Positions 1-13,399 are shown, counted from the whole stretch's first letter. The stretch: 63,992 bases of DNA, filler included, from Basidioascus undulatus (GCA_000826855.1; 6 parts of 6 records of this genome joined end to end with filler, not necessarily neighbours in it), one strand, 5' to 3'. Numbers and translations are program-made. Notes: generated by a model from the letters alone, not told the origin.

Positions 1-220
1 GCACCTCGTTCCTCAAGCGCGCTACCCGCCGCCTCGGTCTCTCGGGCAAGAGCGTGCACATGTCCCAGAACGAGCTGCAGCGCTTCGGCTCCATCCAGGC
101 TCATCAGGTGCGTCTTTCTCTGGTCGTTCCGTCTTTGATCGAAGTCGTTCGTTACTGACTGTATTTTGTGGTAAACAGTCTGGCCAACAGCTCCAGCGCT
201 CCGCGTCTCGCCAGGCATGA
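1..220 (+). CDS. PMA1: 3' end of plasma-membrane H+-ATPase (partial, 5' truncated)
   Basis: Reads TSFLKRATRRLGLSGKSVHMSQNELQRFGSIQAHQ, then an intron (GTGCGT 108..AG 178), then SGQQLQRSASRQA*. This matches the basidiomycete Pma1 C-terminal tail as I recall it (SFxKRAxRxxGxxGKxVHMSxxELQRxxSIQA). Confidence 0.8.
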   Translation, partial: HLVPQARYPPPRSLGQERAHVPERAAALRLHPGSSGASFSGRSVFDRSRSLLTVFCGKQSGQQLQRSASRQA

Positions 221-1449
221 GTTTATAGTTCCCTCATAGAGATTGATTGTTCCGTACATCCGGTGCCGCCATCATCCTCCTTCCTCCTTTCTTGTCGGCT
301 CCTACCGTAGTTCTTTTCCGACTTGCGGGTTCATTAGAGCCCGGGCATCATTTATCTTCAACCTTCATATTTGTACCGTCTTTCGCGGCATTCAGTCCCT
401 CTTTCACCGCCCTACCTCCAACATGATGCATCGTAGCCAGCAGTATGTTCTATGCGCTGGGAAGACTGCCTGACAGATGTGTTGTTGCGCGTAATTCTCC
501 ATATGCAGAACAGAAAGGAGTTCAACTGGCACCGATACCAACTGTGCGGCGTACGGCGCAGCTGAGCGACTTCCTGTCCGACCGCACCCACATACCGACA
601 GCCGGAGTGTGCTTTCAACTGATATTTATAAGTCAACTCTGAAGGCAAATGTATTTGGCCAAACCGTGGCAGCAAGTGATGATACTCAGCTCAAACCGGT
701 CCTCACCAGCGACTTCCGTTATTGAATCTCAACGCTAGTATTGAATTTTCCGCATTCGATCTCCCATTTCAACCTCCTGCTTGCCGTGGTAATGACTCGC
801 TCTGCCCGCTTCTCTCCAACTAATACGCTCTTCTTTGCCCCGCAACTTGTGCGATTGTTGATAAGCACCTCCGTCCGTCCTTGCGGCCGTGGCCTGGCAT
901 CGGGCGGAACAGGGTGTCGATGCTGGCAGCACTTCAACCCTTGCTGTCTTTGCTGGCGAGTCTTGCAACAATGCTGCGAAAAAACGACCGAATAATTAAG
1001 TACATAGAAGGAACTGGATTTTTTGGCAGTGGTCAAACATAGGCTTCGTGCGGCTCCGGCATGCAAGCGGGTGTGACTTACCTCGACGCTGTAGTAGCGG
1101 ATCCACCCTCACACGTCCAGTCAACCACAATTCGAATAGTGGACGGTCTCGCATCGTAATTCGAGCAAGAGACAAAAGCTTACATACATCAAGTAAAGCC
1201 GAACTACTCACAAGAGAACAAACAGCCCAGAAAATGCGACCACGAGCCCGGTCAAGATCAGCCGTCGCAACCCCGCCATCCAGTTCGAACGTCCTCCCGC
1301 CGAGTTGCCTTCGCTCGGCGGCGATGTGGAACTCAGGTCAGCCCCGAGGATACCATCTTGGGTTTCCGAAGCCCGAGAAGGCTCGGTGGTAGGACTCTGG
1401 GAATCATCGAAGTTGTTCAGGACCCGCCGTTTCATGCAGCTACTTCAGG

Positions 1450-2472
1450 AACGAAAGAGCAGGTCACCTTTGACGAAGAGGGGCTTACGGGCTGCGACGG
1501 AACTACGCCGCCAGTAGCATCGAGACGGAGGCCATTCGAGATGGTCGAGGTCGTCTTGCACTGCGACGTTGCCGGCGTTGAGTAAGGTCCAGCGGGCGTG
1601 GCTGTTGGGGCAACGAAGGTGTCTCAGTCGACGTCGAACCCAGAGGAACACAGCGGGAAGAGGAAGGACAGAAGCATTGCGTACCTCCGTTTCGTTGCTG
1701 AAAGATCGAGTACGAGGTAGACTCACCAACCTCGACCGGGTACCATCCTGCAAGCGGCAAGCGCAGAAGGACGGGTCGGTTTGCAGTCAAGAACGAAGCA
1801 AGAAGCACCATGCAGCGGACCTGGGGGATACATGGGGAGGAAGCATTCTAGATTAGAAAGTACGCACAGGGTTCCCCTCACCGGTTGCCCCATGAGGGTC
1901 AAGCTCTCCGCCCGCGTCTCCCCTCAGCAAGTTTATCTCGGTGAAGTCGCCGAGCGCCATGACCTGAGCGTATGCGTCCGTATTCACCTGTAGATGAGGC
2001 TTAAGCTGTGAGACTAAACATAATATTACTTTCTTCGCGGAACTCACGAAATGGGCGGCAGTGATTGTGCCATCCGGCACCACGCGAGCTTTGTTGGCGC
2101 GGCTGCGTGCACCAAGCGACGACGAAGGGTTCCGCCTCGCCGATTGCGGGACCTGGCTCGGGTGGACCCCACAAGCAGAAGTCCTAAAGCGCTACGGTTA
2201 TCCGCAGAATGATCAACAGAAGGGCTTGCGATTGGACTCACGTCGACGCTGTTGACGGTTACGAGGCGAGAGTATGTCTGGTTGATGAGCGTACCCGACG
2301 TCGCTAGGGAGGAAGCCAGTACCATGTCAGATTGGAGGAAATATCATTTTGGATTATGAGGGAAAATAAACGCACCGGCAGGTGGGTTGTTCGGACCCTG
2401 TGTTCCAGAGGCGGTCACTTGCGCACGAGCCGCAGCAGACAGCAAGAAAACCAAAGCAACGAGCGGAAACAT
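1450..2472 (-). pseudogene. Secreted basidiomycete 'macrophage-activating glycoprotein'-like protein, probably degraded; 3' boundary approximate
   Basis: Signal peptide MFPLVALVFLLSAAARA. Family motifs DFCLWGPPEPGPAIGEAEPFVVAWCTQPR, ARVVPDGTITAAHF, YAQVMALGDFTEINLLRGDAGGELDPHGATGEGNPV and PYSTPATSQCKTTSTISNG. There is a +1 frameshift near 2096, and the central Cys-containing block after GNPV appears to be missing. Confidence 0.7.
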
Positions 2473-3750
2473 GATAAGGTACGGGTCAGGAGGGACAAAA
2501 AGGGCGGAGGCATAAGGAGATGAGGACATCTTGCTGGACTTTAAATGCACGGGTAGCTGCACCGCCCAGACGCGGGCGGAGCAGCCGGTGCAGCATCAGA
2601 ACTGGTCTTCGGGCCGAACGGCACTCGTTGGCGTCCGTGCGATTTCAACCCGCGTCTGCAATCTCGACATATTTCTAGTGATTATATGAGAAGTTGAGAT
2701 GAAGAGTAAAGCTCCCGCCTCTAGGGGCTGAATGAGGACGCAGAGCAGCTATTATTGCGATAGGGAAGGTTACCGCATTGGCACCGAGCAGACCGCGCAA
2801 ACACTGCAATGCTCTGCGCCCCAGTTCACGTCCCCATGGTCCATCAATTAAAGTTAAAAGGTAGACAATTTGGGACGCAATATCTTCGGATGATGATTCT
2901 GATGCGGTTCTTGAAGCCCGGGCGCCTATATCAACTGCAATCATGCCAGGGGATCAACATTTGTGATCGCACGTATCGTTCATAACAGCACGTTATTCCA
3001 TCAAAACATAGCAGGATAATACAGATCTTTTCCATATCTTAATTGAAAACGTTACGGACAGCGCATTGTTTCCGGAGTGATTCTGTTCAGACAGAGACAT
3101 CACTGCCCTTGGGTTGTGCCAATCTTCGAGCTGGAACCCTTGGAGCAGTGCGAACGTCTGAGCTAAGAGAAAGAATTTTCTAGTAGGATAGAAACTTCTT
3201 TCACGGACATGTAGTCAAGCTCAGCTACAACATGCCCATCCTGCGAAGGTGCATGTGCCCTACCTCATCACAGCTCGACCCGCTCCGACTCTTTCTTTAC
3301 CTTGCCTTCGCTGAGCCGCTTGTCTTCACAAACTATAGACGATTTGACTGAATTGGATGAGTCTTCTTACAGGCTGAGGAACAATGGACGCGTCCCGTCA
3401 TTCGACCCTGCAAATCGTGCGGGCAGGCATTATCAGAGGCAGGCAGCTTGATGGGGCCAGCAGCGTACCAGGCACATCCTGGTGCACCGTCAATCGTTCG
3501 GTCGATAGAACGCCGCTTGGAAATACATATAGAATAAGCAACCACCCCAGAGTCCTGGAAAGGTAAAAATACTTGTGACAGGGCGTCCACGCAGGCTCGC
3601 TGTCCAGCTTCCGATCGCGTGCTTGCCTGTACATGGTCGCCTTACCTATCCTTCGTACCGCTTCTCTTCCTTCCTGTATCCCCTCTCAAACTTCCCACGA
3701 TCCTGATCAAGGCGCCACTTAAAGGGCCTGCCGGAACCCTATCCCACATA

Positions 3751-6639
3751 ATGGACGAAACACAGGCCAGAAAATCATCTCTTGATTCAGGCGAGGTCAT
3801 CACCGTCTTCGCGCCCAGCACGGATGCGGGGGTAGGGAAGACTCAGCGGCAGCTCAAGTCCAGGAATATTCAGGTGAGTGGTTCATAATATATCAAAACT
3901 ATCGGTGAGATGGCACTGACCGGTCCGAACGGATGATTGGCTTGGGTGGAGTGGGTAGACTTGTCGCTGTCTGAAAGATAAGGCCTGACCGAGCCTGTGG
4001 CTGTGGGCAGTCTATCGGAACTGGGCGAGTCCGGTCGATGTACTGTAGCCCTGAATAACTCTCTTCTAACCCAGAACTGTATCCACAGCCTCTTCGTCGG
4101 TTCTGGATACGTGCTGTCCACTGCAGGACCCACTCTTTCCTGGGTGCGTGAAATGTCTTATTCCTCGTTTTTCTCGAGACATGACGTCTCCTTCAGTTCT
4201 GAATGCACTTGCATACTTTACAGCGCCGGGTCATTTCCTCACTTCGCAGGTCGATTCATAGACCCTGCTCTCGGGTTTGACATCGGATTGAATTACTACT
4301 ATGGTCTGTACTCTCAAGCTGCCGGTATTCAAACGAAGCTCCCAGGAAATGCCATCTCCTTCGCATAGGAGCTGTCTGCTGTCGGGGCGCTGATTCAGTG
4401 GGGTCCAGTCTCGTCTGCAGGCCTCTATCGCATGACTACAGGTTATGGCCTTACACAGATATTGGAACACCGATGTCGTGAGTCCTGGAAGCCTTGATCC
4501 GAAAGAGTACTTGCTCAATTTCCGCAAACCGCTGCAGGACCTGGCTGTCTGGATGTGAGTCCCCTTGTCATCCTGTCACCCAGCACTTGATAGAACTTAT
4601 GTACGTCCATTGTACAGCACAGTATTTCTTGTTCCTTCCGTGATCCTCGTCTTCCTCGACGTGCGCTTCTTTGGTGAAATCGAAGTTATCGTAGGCCACA
4701 TCCTGCACTCTTCGCTCTAGCCTCAAAGCTGGCCCAAATGTCTCACTAGACCTCCACGCTCAAGGTCCTAGCTTTTCTAGTAATATTTATTATTGGTCTA
4801 GTAGTATGTAGATCTGCATTTCCTACCTGACAAGTCTTTGCTCATTGGGGCGCTCCCTTGCCAGATAGATCTTGGTGGTGCTCCTTCGCATGACAGCCTT
4901 GGGATGGTCAGTACAATCAGCATCTATGAAGGATAATTTAAGCGAAACTGATGCTGTGTAGCTCCTCCTGTAGCGGTACTGGAGTGATGCAGCCTTTGTA
5001 CAATACGAAGGGATTCCGGGCGCTAAGGGCCGTTTCTTGGTGAGTGAGCAACTTTCATGCCGATACCGCAATAGCTAATCAAGACCTTCTGTGCCGTTGA
5101 AATACGAAAGGCTTTCCTGAGTGCAATTATCAAGGCTGCGTACACATATCTAGGCACGGAAGCAGTTGTACGTCGTCAGGACGGGTAGCGAACGTGCGGG
5201 ACCTCACAGTCGAATGTGTACGTCTTCGCAGCGGGTGAGACAGCCAATCCGCTGCGCGAAATACCGCGGGCCATCAAGAAGGTAGCATACCGCGTAATTT
5301 TCTTCTACATCGGCGGCATCTTGCTGGTGGGTATGCTTGTGCCAACCACCAACGAGCGTCTCACTGGGGCCTCGAACGGTGCGTCTGTTGCTGCTTTTCA
5401 CGCCTATATGAGAGCTGCCAGCTAACAAGGGGTGTTGAAGCCTCTTCGGATGTTTAAACTTGCTCGTAACTCTTCAAACCGTTCCGCTCAAGTTCAGGGC
5501 CCACAGCTCGCCCTTGGTGATCGCCATTGAGCTGGGAGGGATCAAAGTTCTTCCTCACATGTACGTCGCAGGTTATCTAGTGGAAGACAAACCTTTGAGA
5601 ATACAGTAAAAATAGCCTGAACACTCTATGCCCTATTCCTTGTAGCTGCTTGGAGTGCCTGCAATTCCTATCTCTGTGCGCCTTGAAGGTCGACTTGTTC
5701 GGAAGACTTCGCTGACACCTTGTCTGCCTACAGACGTCTCGGTCCGATCCCTCTATTCCATGGCGATTTCCCGCCGCGCTCCACCAATCTTTACCTGAGG
5801 TATCAATTTCCTGTCCCTGGAAGCGCCAGCCGTATACTCACGTCAAGGAGACGCCAGTCACAAGCGGGATTGATCAACTGGGGTAAGCCGCCGCTTCCTC
5901 ATGTCAGCCCCACTGGCTAATAAGGGCAGAAACAGGTTGCATATGTCTGTCCTTGATCCGCTTTAATAAGGCGCGCGAGCTGCAGGGCATTCCGCGCAGT
6001 GACCTTCCATACCGTGGACGACTTATGTTGTACGCCGCCTACTTCGCCATTGCACTCTCTTGGTCTCTAGGCTGTCAGCGGATTTGGCGTTTTCGTTACA
6101 GGTGCGAATTGTAGTTTAAAAGTCGAAGCTGAACGGAACGTCTGACAAGACTTTCCCGCTCCAGGTGATTGGGACGCACAATCGTTTGTTTCGAACTACA
6201 TTAGGTGCGCTCGTCACCCTTGCCAGGTTTGCTCTCTTACTGAAGGGGGTGAAATTTTCAAACCAGCATTCCCATCTTCCTCGGGCTCTAGTAAGCCCGC
6301 TTGGGAACATTCTTGTATATGGCCAAGTTGTGCTCACCCTTGCTCACTTCAACCATTGCGTCTGCGATGAACAGCCATGGCTGGAAGGTGTACCACAAGA
6401 CCAAGGCAAGACATTATTTTTGATGAGGCTGAGAGCAGAGACGGTTCTTACAAACCATTCTCCTTCGCCCGGACATCTAGATCGTCCCGCTGGCCGACAT
6501 TGACCTTATTTCAGGCCGTGGCACACTCGGCGAGGATGACACCAAGGTCACTCTTGAGCAAGAGCGCAAATTGGCGGAAGAGCAAGGGCAGAAAAAGACA
6601 AAGGCGCCGTGGGACAAGTTCCTCGGCTGGTTGCTCTGA
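3751..6639 (+). pseudogene. Amino-acid permease (APC/YAT family), multi-exon, apparently degraded
   Basis: Motifs TQRQLKSRNIQ-MIGLGG-SIGTG-LFVGSG, FAGRFIDPALGF, AGETANPLREIPRAIKKVAYRVIFFYIGG, SPLVIAIELGGIKVLPH, AAWSACNSYL, RFNKARELQGIPRSDLPYRG and terminal PWDKFLGWLL*. In-frame TGA near 5796 (APPIFT*), and some transmembrane segments appear to be missing. Confidence 0.8.
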
Positions 6640-7458
6640 CGTAATAGAGCCAGATGGTCGTTTTGTGCGAGTCGAAGTGCGTCTTGCGTAGATTCTGCTC
6701 CGGTGTATTGATTGGCTTGTGTGATAAAACTGACGAGAAGAGGACTCTGTGCGGGTAACGATCTGCTTCCTAAGGAGAGCTGCGAAATGGCTACAAGAAG
6801 CCTTAACAACACAACGTTGAAGTGAAACCCGCGGCTGTCATCTGATTAAATTTAGGAACGAAGAATACCCTGTAACAGGCCTTAGATTTTCACGTCCGGC
6901 GAGACCTTCGAATTACTGAACGTCTAAGGATGGCGGAGTTACGATGGCTCTGATATTGACCGTGCTCGTGATCGCCATGGCCGGGCTGTTCGTACTCGTA
7001 TAAATGGATGCAAGAAGCTTGGACAATTTCGTATTGTATTGTTTGCACTGTGATGTCGTTGTGTATCCATCCCGTTTGTGAGAGGCTTGAGTGGTGGGGC
7101 AAGCAAGGTGTGGGCGGTCATGGGGGCGGTCAGGATGCGAGGCTGCAGTGCTCAGCATCGCAGGACGGCCATTGCTCGAAAAGCCCGTTCTCAATATTGT
7201 AGTGGGGTTCTCCATAATTTTGTGCAGGCTGTTTCGGAAACCCACCTCCTGAAGGCTTTAGGCCTGCCCTGGTGCGCAGGCGTGCTCAGCGCGCCAACGT
7301 AGATCTCCGTTCCGCCAAAGCTGCCCGTGCTGGCAAGGACTAGTCTGAGGTGTTGAATCGACCGCGGCGCAAGGTGATTTGGACGCAAAGACAAGCATGT
7401 TAGTCGGTGAGGCGCGGGCAGAGCGAGCCAGTTACCGACTACCAGGCGAGCGGGACTG

Positions 7459-7672
7459 AATAGCGGCAGATTCAATAGTAGCGGGAGATTCAATAGCAGC
7501 TGGAGATGCAATAGTAGCGGGAGATTCAATTAATAGTAGCGGGAGATCCAATTAATAGTAGCGGGAGATCCAATGTATAGCGGGAGATTCAAGAGTAGCT
7601 AGAGATCGAATAGTAGCGGGAGATTCAATAGTAACGGAGGATTCAACAGTAGCGGGAGATTCAATAGCGGAG
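7459..7672. repeat. Minisatellite, about 11.5 copies of 18-bp unit AATAGTAGCGGGAGATTC
   Basis: Tandem units are directly visible, with substitutions. Two units carry a 4-nt AATT insertion. Confidence 0.95.
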
Positions 7673-7902
7673 GCCTCCCGTCGCTGCGCCAGTCGGGGCT
7701 GGTTTGAGCATCGGCTCCGCAGCTGCCACGGCCTGGTCGAGTCTGTTTGTTTCCAGAATGGGAAGAAGTATTCTAGTTGGAAAGGAGTTCATTACCCGGG
7801 CTGTGGGTATGGCCGGTTTCAGCTCGTAGACAAGCTCAAGTACCACCGCAAGCTGGAAGACATGCTGATAGTCGACACGTATAATGATAGTCTACATTCA
7901 CA

Positions 7903-9661
7903 TCAGGACCGCGTAACGAGCAGGGGCGCAAACAGCAGCGGATCCAAGGCATGCACCGCAGTAAGGTCGGCCTGATGTACGAGAAATGCGTGAGCAACTC
8001 GAAAGTCGAAACGGCCAAGGGTCTTTTCGGCTCACCTCAACTTCCGGACAAGCTTCGCGCAGGGCAGCAAGAATGTCGTACAGAGCGTGCTCGAGCTCGT
8101 CGTAGCCTGCTCGACGCATATCATTCAACTTGAATCGATGTTGGATGGCGGCTCACAGCACATACCTGCTTTCCCTGGAGCAGAAGCCTCACGCAACCCG
8201 ACCCAACAACGCACTACGCCGTCCAGCACCTTCCCTCTCCATCGCGCGACACGCGGCGCACAGACGTGCAAGACGTGCTCAAGCGCCTTCGCATTGCGAA
8301 CTTGAAGTGGAAGCGAGACGGTGGTGGGAGGAGAGGGGAAGGTGAGGAGCAGCGTGAGGTGTGGGATGAACGCCTGTGTGTGAGGCAAAGTCAACACAAG
8401 GAGCCCAAGCGTCTTGAGATGGTTAGCATACCTTGAGGAAGCGCGCAGAGACGATTCCCAGTGCGTCGATGATCGCCGGAAGATGTGCAAGTGTCGGCAT
8501 GATGACCGCGATCCGGTCCCCCGCCATCGACCAAGGCTGTAGGATGCCTTCGCTCACAAGCACGCTAAGCGCGTTGCTGCGCTCCGCGCTCGCGGGAGGG
8601 GTCGTGAGCGTGATGAGGCGGAGGGAGGTCGGGAGGGCGTGGTCGAGCAATGGGCCGGAGAGGGGATGAGTGAGGAAGGTGAGGGCGGTGGAGAGCGACT
8701 ACGAGCGGAACGTCAGCTTCTTGATTGGAAGACGTCCATGGTCTCCCAGGCGCTTACCTTGGAGAAAAGCGTCGCAATGCCGGTGCGTTGGACCAGGCCA
8801 GCGTCGGACACGGAGAGGAGGAGGTTGCAGAGCTGGATACCTCGGATCTTGTAGAACGGCTCGTAGTCGTCCATCATCGTGATCAGCGGCGGAACGACGA
8901 GGTGCCATAAGTCCTGCACGTCTCCCCGCTGTTCGGGTAACTGTGCTATCAGCCTTCTTGCCGAGAGAAGTCAAGCGCGAATGGCGCGCACCGACATGGC
9001 CTCCAAGCAAACCCGAAGCACGCCCCACGATCCGAACCCGCTCCCGCTCTTCCAGCCCTGGGCCTCGGGCAGGTCATACCCCGACGTGCCCTCGCCTCCA
9101 CGAGGCCGAGGCAGCATGCGACCGGTGGCGGGATTGACCGAGGTATGGAGGTTCCGCGCGAAGAGAGGCTTGAGATGTGAGGTCAGGACGTGGGTAAGGA
9201 TGGGCCGTGGAGTGCGGGTCAGGAGCGTCGGAAGAAGACCTGATGCCGGACCCAGCTTCAGTTGATATCCGGCGCACGTGCAAGCACCCAAGCTTACGTC
9301 TAGCGAGCTTTACGGATTCGAGAGTCGACCACGCCTCGTCCTCAAGTGTAAACGGCGCAACAGCGACGACCGCCGTTGCGCGGTCCTCCTCGTCCATCTT
9401 CGTCCCGCGCCTCTCGACAAGCTCCGCGAGCGCCTGCAGCAGCTTGGGCGCCGCGTCGCGCCATGTCCGCAAGTCGCCCGACAGCACAGGCTCGTACTGC
9501 ATCTGTTCCTCCTCCGAGTTGGACGCCCACGGCGCGGGGGTCGCGAACCCGGAGGGGATGACGAGGCGCATGCAGAGCTCCGGAAGGTTCGACGGGAGCG
9601 CGCGCGGAGTGGGGCGGGGCGGCGAGGGCGGGGCGTCGCCGAGGTCTTCGATTATGGCCAT
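7903..9661 (-). CDS. TTI2: Tti2 subunit of the TTT (Tel2-Tti1-Tti2) PIKK co-chaperone, multi-exon
   Basis: Motifs HLKPLFA, WHLVVPPLITMMDDYEPFYKIRG, LVQRTGIATLF, IIDALGIVSARFLK and CAPRVARWRGKVLDGVVRCW. The last exon reads ADLTAVHALDPLLFAPLLVTRS*. Confidence 0.85.
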
Positions 9662-10541
9662 TCTGAAACGTTTTTGTGTGATATTAGCCAAGAAGGCGAT
9701 AGATGTGTGGGCAGCTGCCGAAGAACGAACGATTAAAACCGAGGAGATTCAGGTGAACGGTAGTGAGAACGCCCGGTCGATGTGCAGCCGGCGGAGCAGT
9801 TCGAAGATTATGCTCGAGTTTCTGAACGCGAATACGCTAGGAGCTCGAAACTTAACGATGGCGACGGAAGCTTTGGTCAGTAGGCGGCGGACGGGAAGAG
9901 GAGACGATGATGGTCAGGAGCTAGCTGCAGCTGTGCAAGCCGCGCGAAAACCGTTGGTTCGCCTGTAGCGACCTCTTGCGACTTGCTTTTACGGTCCCCT
10001 TGCGCTTGTCGCATCAAAAGCTCTATATTCCTGCTCTATATTCCTCAGGCAGATCAACAGTTCAAAACAAGCCCAAGCCAGGCCCGCGGCATCCTCCTTC
10101 CGAAGCGTGAGCTTCATGTAGCAGCATTGCGGGACTGAGTGCAAGCAATCGTTGCGTGAGTGATAAATTAGCGGGTAGGGAACTACAACAGCGGTACAAG
10201 CCGGAAACTTTACTATAAAAATAAAGATGCGTATGGAGCGCAGGGTTGCTCGTGACGGAGACTGACAGACCGTGGTGGTGAGAAGAGACCTGCTGGCGCG
10301 CGAAAAGGGAGGGGAGAAAAGAAAGAGGAGTGTACGTTGCGAAGACAATGGGAACAAGGGAATGTACAATGTCGAGGAAAGTTAAGAACGGCGGTCGAGA
10401 TGAAGAGTGAAGGAAACGGAAAAAGCGAGGAAAAATGCTGTTGGTAGGTGGGAAGACGGGAAGGGAGAGATCAGCGATCGTCTTCAGAAAACCAACCGGG
10501 AGACCGATGAACAACGCACCAAGTCCGCTTCCAACCCCGGT

Positions 10542-10794
10542 CTCACGACGCCATCCTCGACCCGCCGCCCGCAACAGCGACCTCCTCCGCCCTCAGCGCG
10601 TCAATCTCCTCGCGCATCTTCTTATTGCTCAGTTTGAGCTGGTGCAGCTCGTACTGCCAGCTCGTGCTCCTAGTTGTCTCGATCTCCTCAAACACGTTCG
10701 CCTCCCAGTCCTGTGTGATGAGGGGGACGAAGTCCGGTGTCGCAGGCGGCGGCCGGAGCTGGACGACGAAGCAGCGAAGGGGACGACATCGCTA
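10542..10794 (-). CDS. C-terminal exon of an unidentified gene (coiled-coil tail), truncated by the contig end
   Basis: The minus frame reads PDFVPLITQDWEANVFEEIETTRSTSWQYELHQLKLSNKKMREEIDALRAEEVAVAGGGSRMAS* with coding-like codon bias. A pyrimidine-rich 3' UTR-like region follows. Confidence 0.5.
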
Positions 10795-10894
10795 NNNNNN
10801 NNNNNNNNNNNNNNNNNNNNNNNNNNNNNNNNNNNNNNTTAATTAATTAANNNNNNNNNNNNNNNNNNNNNNNNNNNNNNNNNNNNNNNNNNNN
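10795..10894. other. Artificial contig linker N44-TTAATTAATTAA-N44
   Basis: 100-bp N spacer with a six-frame stop palindrome; identical at five positions in the window. Confidence 0.98.
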
Positions 10895-10914
10895 TTGGGG
10901 GGGGGGGGGATACA

Positions 10915-12544
10915 GACGCTGCAAAGGCGATCGTTCTGACTTGCCGTGGCAGTGCGTATCCATCATGGTCATTAAACAGGGGTACTAATGGCGCGCTGAT
11001 GCGGTGTTGCGGATGATCCAGCTCTCGGACTGTCGGACGTTCTCGTCGACCTGATGTGCGAGTACGAGGAGATACAAGTCGAGGGCGGCGACCCCGACGC
11101 GTACTACGCCGTGCACCAGGGCATGCTCGCTTCCGCGCTCCAGCTCAAGTCGAGCACGAGTACCGTGCACGCGACCGTCAAGCGTGCGCTGCAGGACCAT
11201 CCGGAGTACGGGCTCGTGCTGTGCGGACACTCGCTCGGCGGCGGGGTGGTAAGTCGTGCTTGTTCCTCGGACAGAAGAGATGCAGGGAGAGAAATGGCTG
11301 ACACATTGGCGACGGTGACGGCAGGCCGCGCTCCTGTCAATATTGTGGGGGTGCCCGCTCGACATCTTCCGTCAGCAGAACGAGTCTCGCGTCAGGCCTG
11401 TGCCGATTCCCGACCCGACGCCATTCGTTACTGGCTGTGAGTCGAGCTGTTCATTGCTTGCGTAATGACGCGGCTGATTACGTGCGACCCCAAACAGTCT
11501 TGTCCGGTCTGCCGCCTGGCCGTCCGCTCGCCTGCTACGCGTACGGCGTGCCCTGCGTGACGTCGCCCGATCTCTCGCGATACGCTCGCGGGCTCATCAC
11601 GAGCGTCGTGAATAACTACGACGTCGTGCCGACGCTGTCGCTCGGGCTGCTGCACGACCTGCGCAAGGTCGCCGTCAGTCTGCAGGAGGAGGGCTCGGTC
11701 GCGGAGGAGATTGTGGGGCGCGTGCTCGGCATCAACCGGCGTCGGCTAGCATTCGGACGCGGGGGTTCGCCCGACACCGAGGGCGACCTCCCGCCCAACA
11801 TAGACGGCGAGCCTACGCCCGCCGAGCTCGCGGCGTCCCTCGCGCCGGCGCCCTCGCCGAACCACGAGGTCGAGGACGAGCTCGTCCTCCCCACGGAGGA
11901 TATCGAGTCCGGGCGGACACCGAACCGCGCGCTCATCCCCGGCTACCGCGACCCCGCGCTCGCCAAGGCCCAGGCGGAGGAGGAGCTCGCGGACGGGGAG
12001 CTCAGCGACTGGCTGTGGAGTTTGAGGAAGACGATGCGCGCCGACATGGACAACCTCAAGCTCATGCCGCCTGGCGAGGTGCGTTGCAATGTTCCCCCTC
12101 CCCTTCTCCCCTTCACTTCGGCGCTGATCGTTGCTATTTGTCGCCTGAGCAGGTCTTCGTCGTCGAGCGCTTCACCTGCTTCGTCTCCCCCGATGAGGGC
12201 GCCGCAACCCCGCCGCCCAAGAAGGGCGAGAAGGTCGCGAGGCACGAGGCGCACCGCGTCATCTTGCGCCACTGCGAAGACGTCGAGAAGCGCTTCTCCG
12301 AGCCGGTTTTCGCTCGGTACGTACTCTGGTGCTCAGCGGCCTCGTTTCCCCGCAGTCTCTGACGATTGTCGCGTTCGTGCAGCTCTATGTTCACCGACCA
12401 CAGCCCGTATGTTCTGTCCTTCTCAGGCGCTTTGGGTCTGCTGCTGACTGCTGTCTTGTTCCGGCTCCTTGCAGTGTCGAGTACGAGCGCGCGACGCAGC
12501 TGCTCTACGACGGCGTCCAGTCCGATATGCGCCCCTCGAACTGA
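10915..12544 (+). CDS. Lipase class 3 / diacylglycerol-lipase-like protein (5' truncated)
   Basis: AIVLTCRG..SLGLSDVLVDL, VHQGML, nucleophile motif LCGHSLGGGV, CYAYGVPCVTSPDL and VVNNYDVVPTLSLG. Terminal exons include MFTDHSP and VEYERATQLLYDGVQSDMRPSN*. Confidence 0.88.
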
Positions 12545-13399
12545 AACTCCCTTCATTCTCTCCATCTCTCCCTCCTGCATCTACCGGACTCGTTCTTTCG
12601 GAAATTTCCGTCGTCGTCATCTTCGTCGCATCGCCGTCCTGACTTCCCGCTCATTTCGAATTCCCCGTCCACGTCCGCACGACAGCCAGCCACTTTTCCA
12701 TCTCACTCCGCACGCTGAACGAAATATCTATTCCATGCTTGAATTCTTACTTCTTTCTAGTCCACCTTTATCTCATACTTGCGCTTCCCTTCTCTTATCA
12801 TCGCCACATTTGTTTCGTCCTAGCAACACGCCATGACCTCTGTCTCGCTCTCAACCACCGCACTCGCATTCGTCCGCCAGTCCGCTCCCCGTCACGTCCT
12901 GTCTTGCATGTTGATTACTGTCCCCCGTAACTCATCATTATCCTCATCGTCATCATCGTTCCGTCCGTTGTTGTCATAACGTCACCTTGCCGTTGTGCAC
13001 TGAGTCTGTTCCCTCGAGAGCTGAGCTCGGCATGCTGCACTGTCTTCCAACTACTGTACTGCTGTAGCGATTGATATCACATTCACTGCAACTTGAATGG
13101 TACGGGGATGGTCTGCGCTGTCTGGGCTGTGAAAATGCGGCTAGCCTACATTTTGGCATGACATCATACCCCTGGAAAATCCTTTGAACGCACTGACGGT
13201 GGTGTGGGACGGATTGGACAGAGCACCGGGAGAAATGGGCGTGTATGAGAAACGGGGAGAGGCTGCTCCATGACTGGTATTGTGACGAGCAAAACATGCA
13301 ATAAACAAATCTGCGTATGAGACGCGGCCCATTACAAGCATCTATCGGATTCCTCCTCACGCCGTACTTTGAGATGTGCTTGCAGCAAAGCGAAAGAAA

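Noticed and set aside
7459..7672. CRISPR array or telomere repeat
   Set aside because: Units are contiguous with no unique spacers, the context is eukaryotic, and it is internal and unlike TTAGGG-type repeats.
10839..10850. TTAATTAATTAA as a biological palindrome or transposon target site
   Set aside because: Always centred in 44+44 Ns; it is an artificial six-frame-stop spacer.
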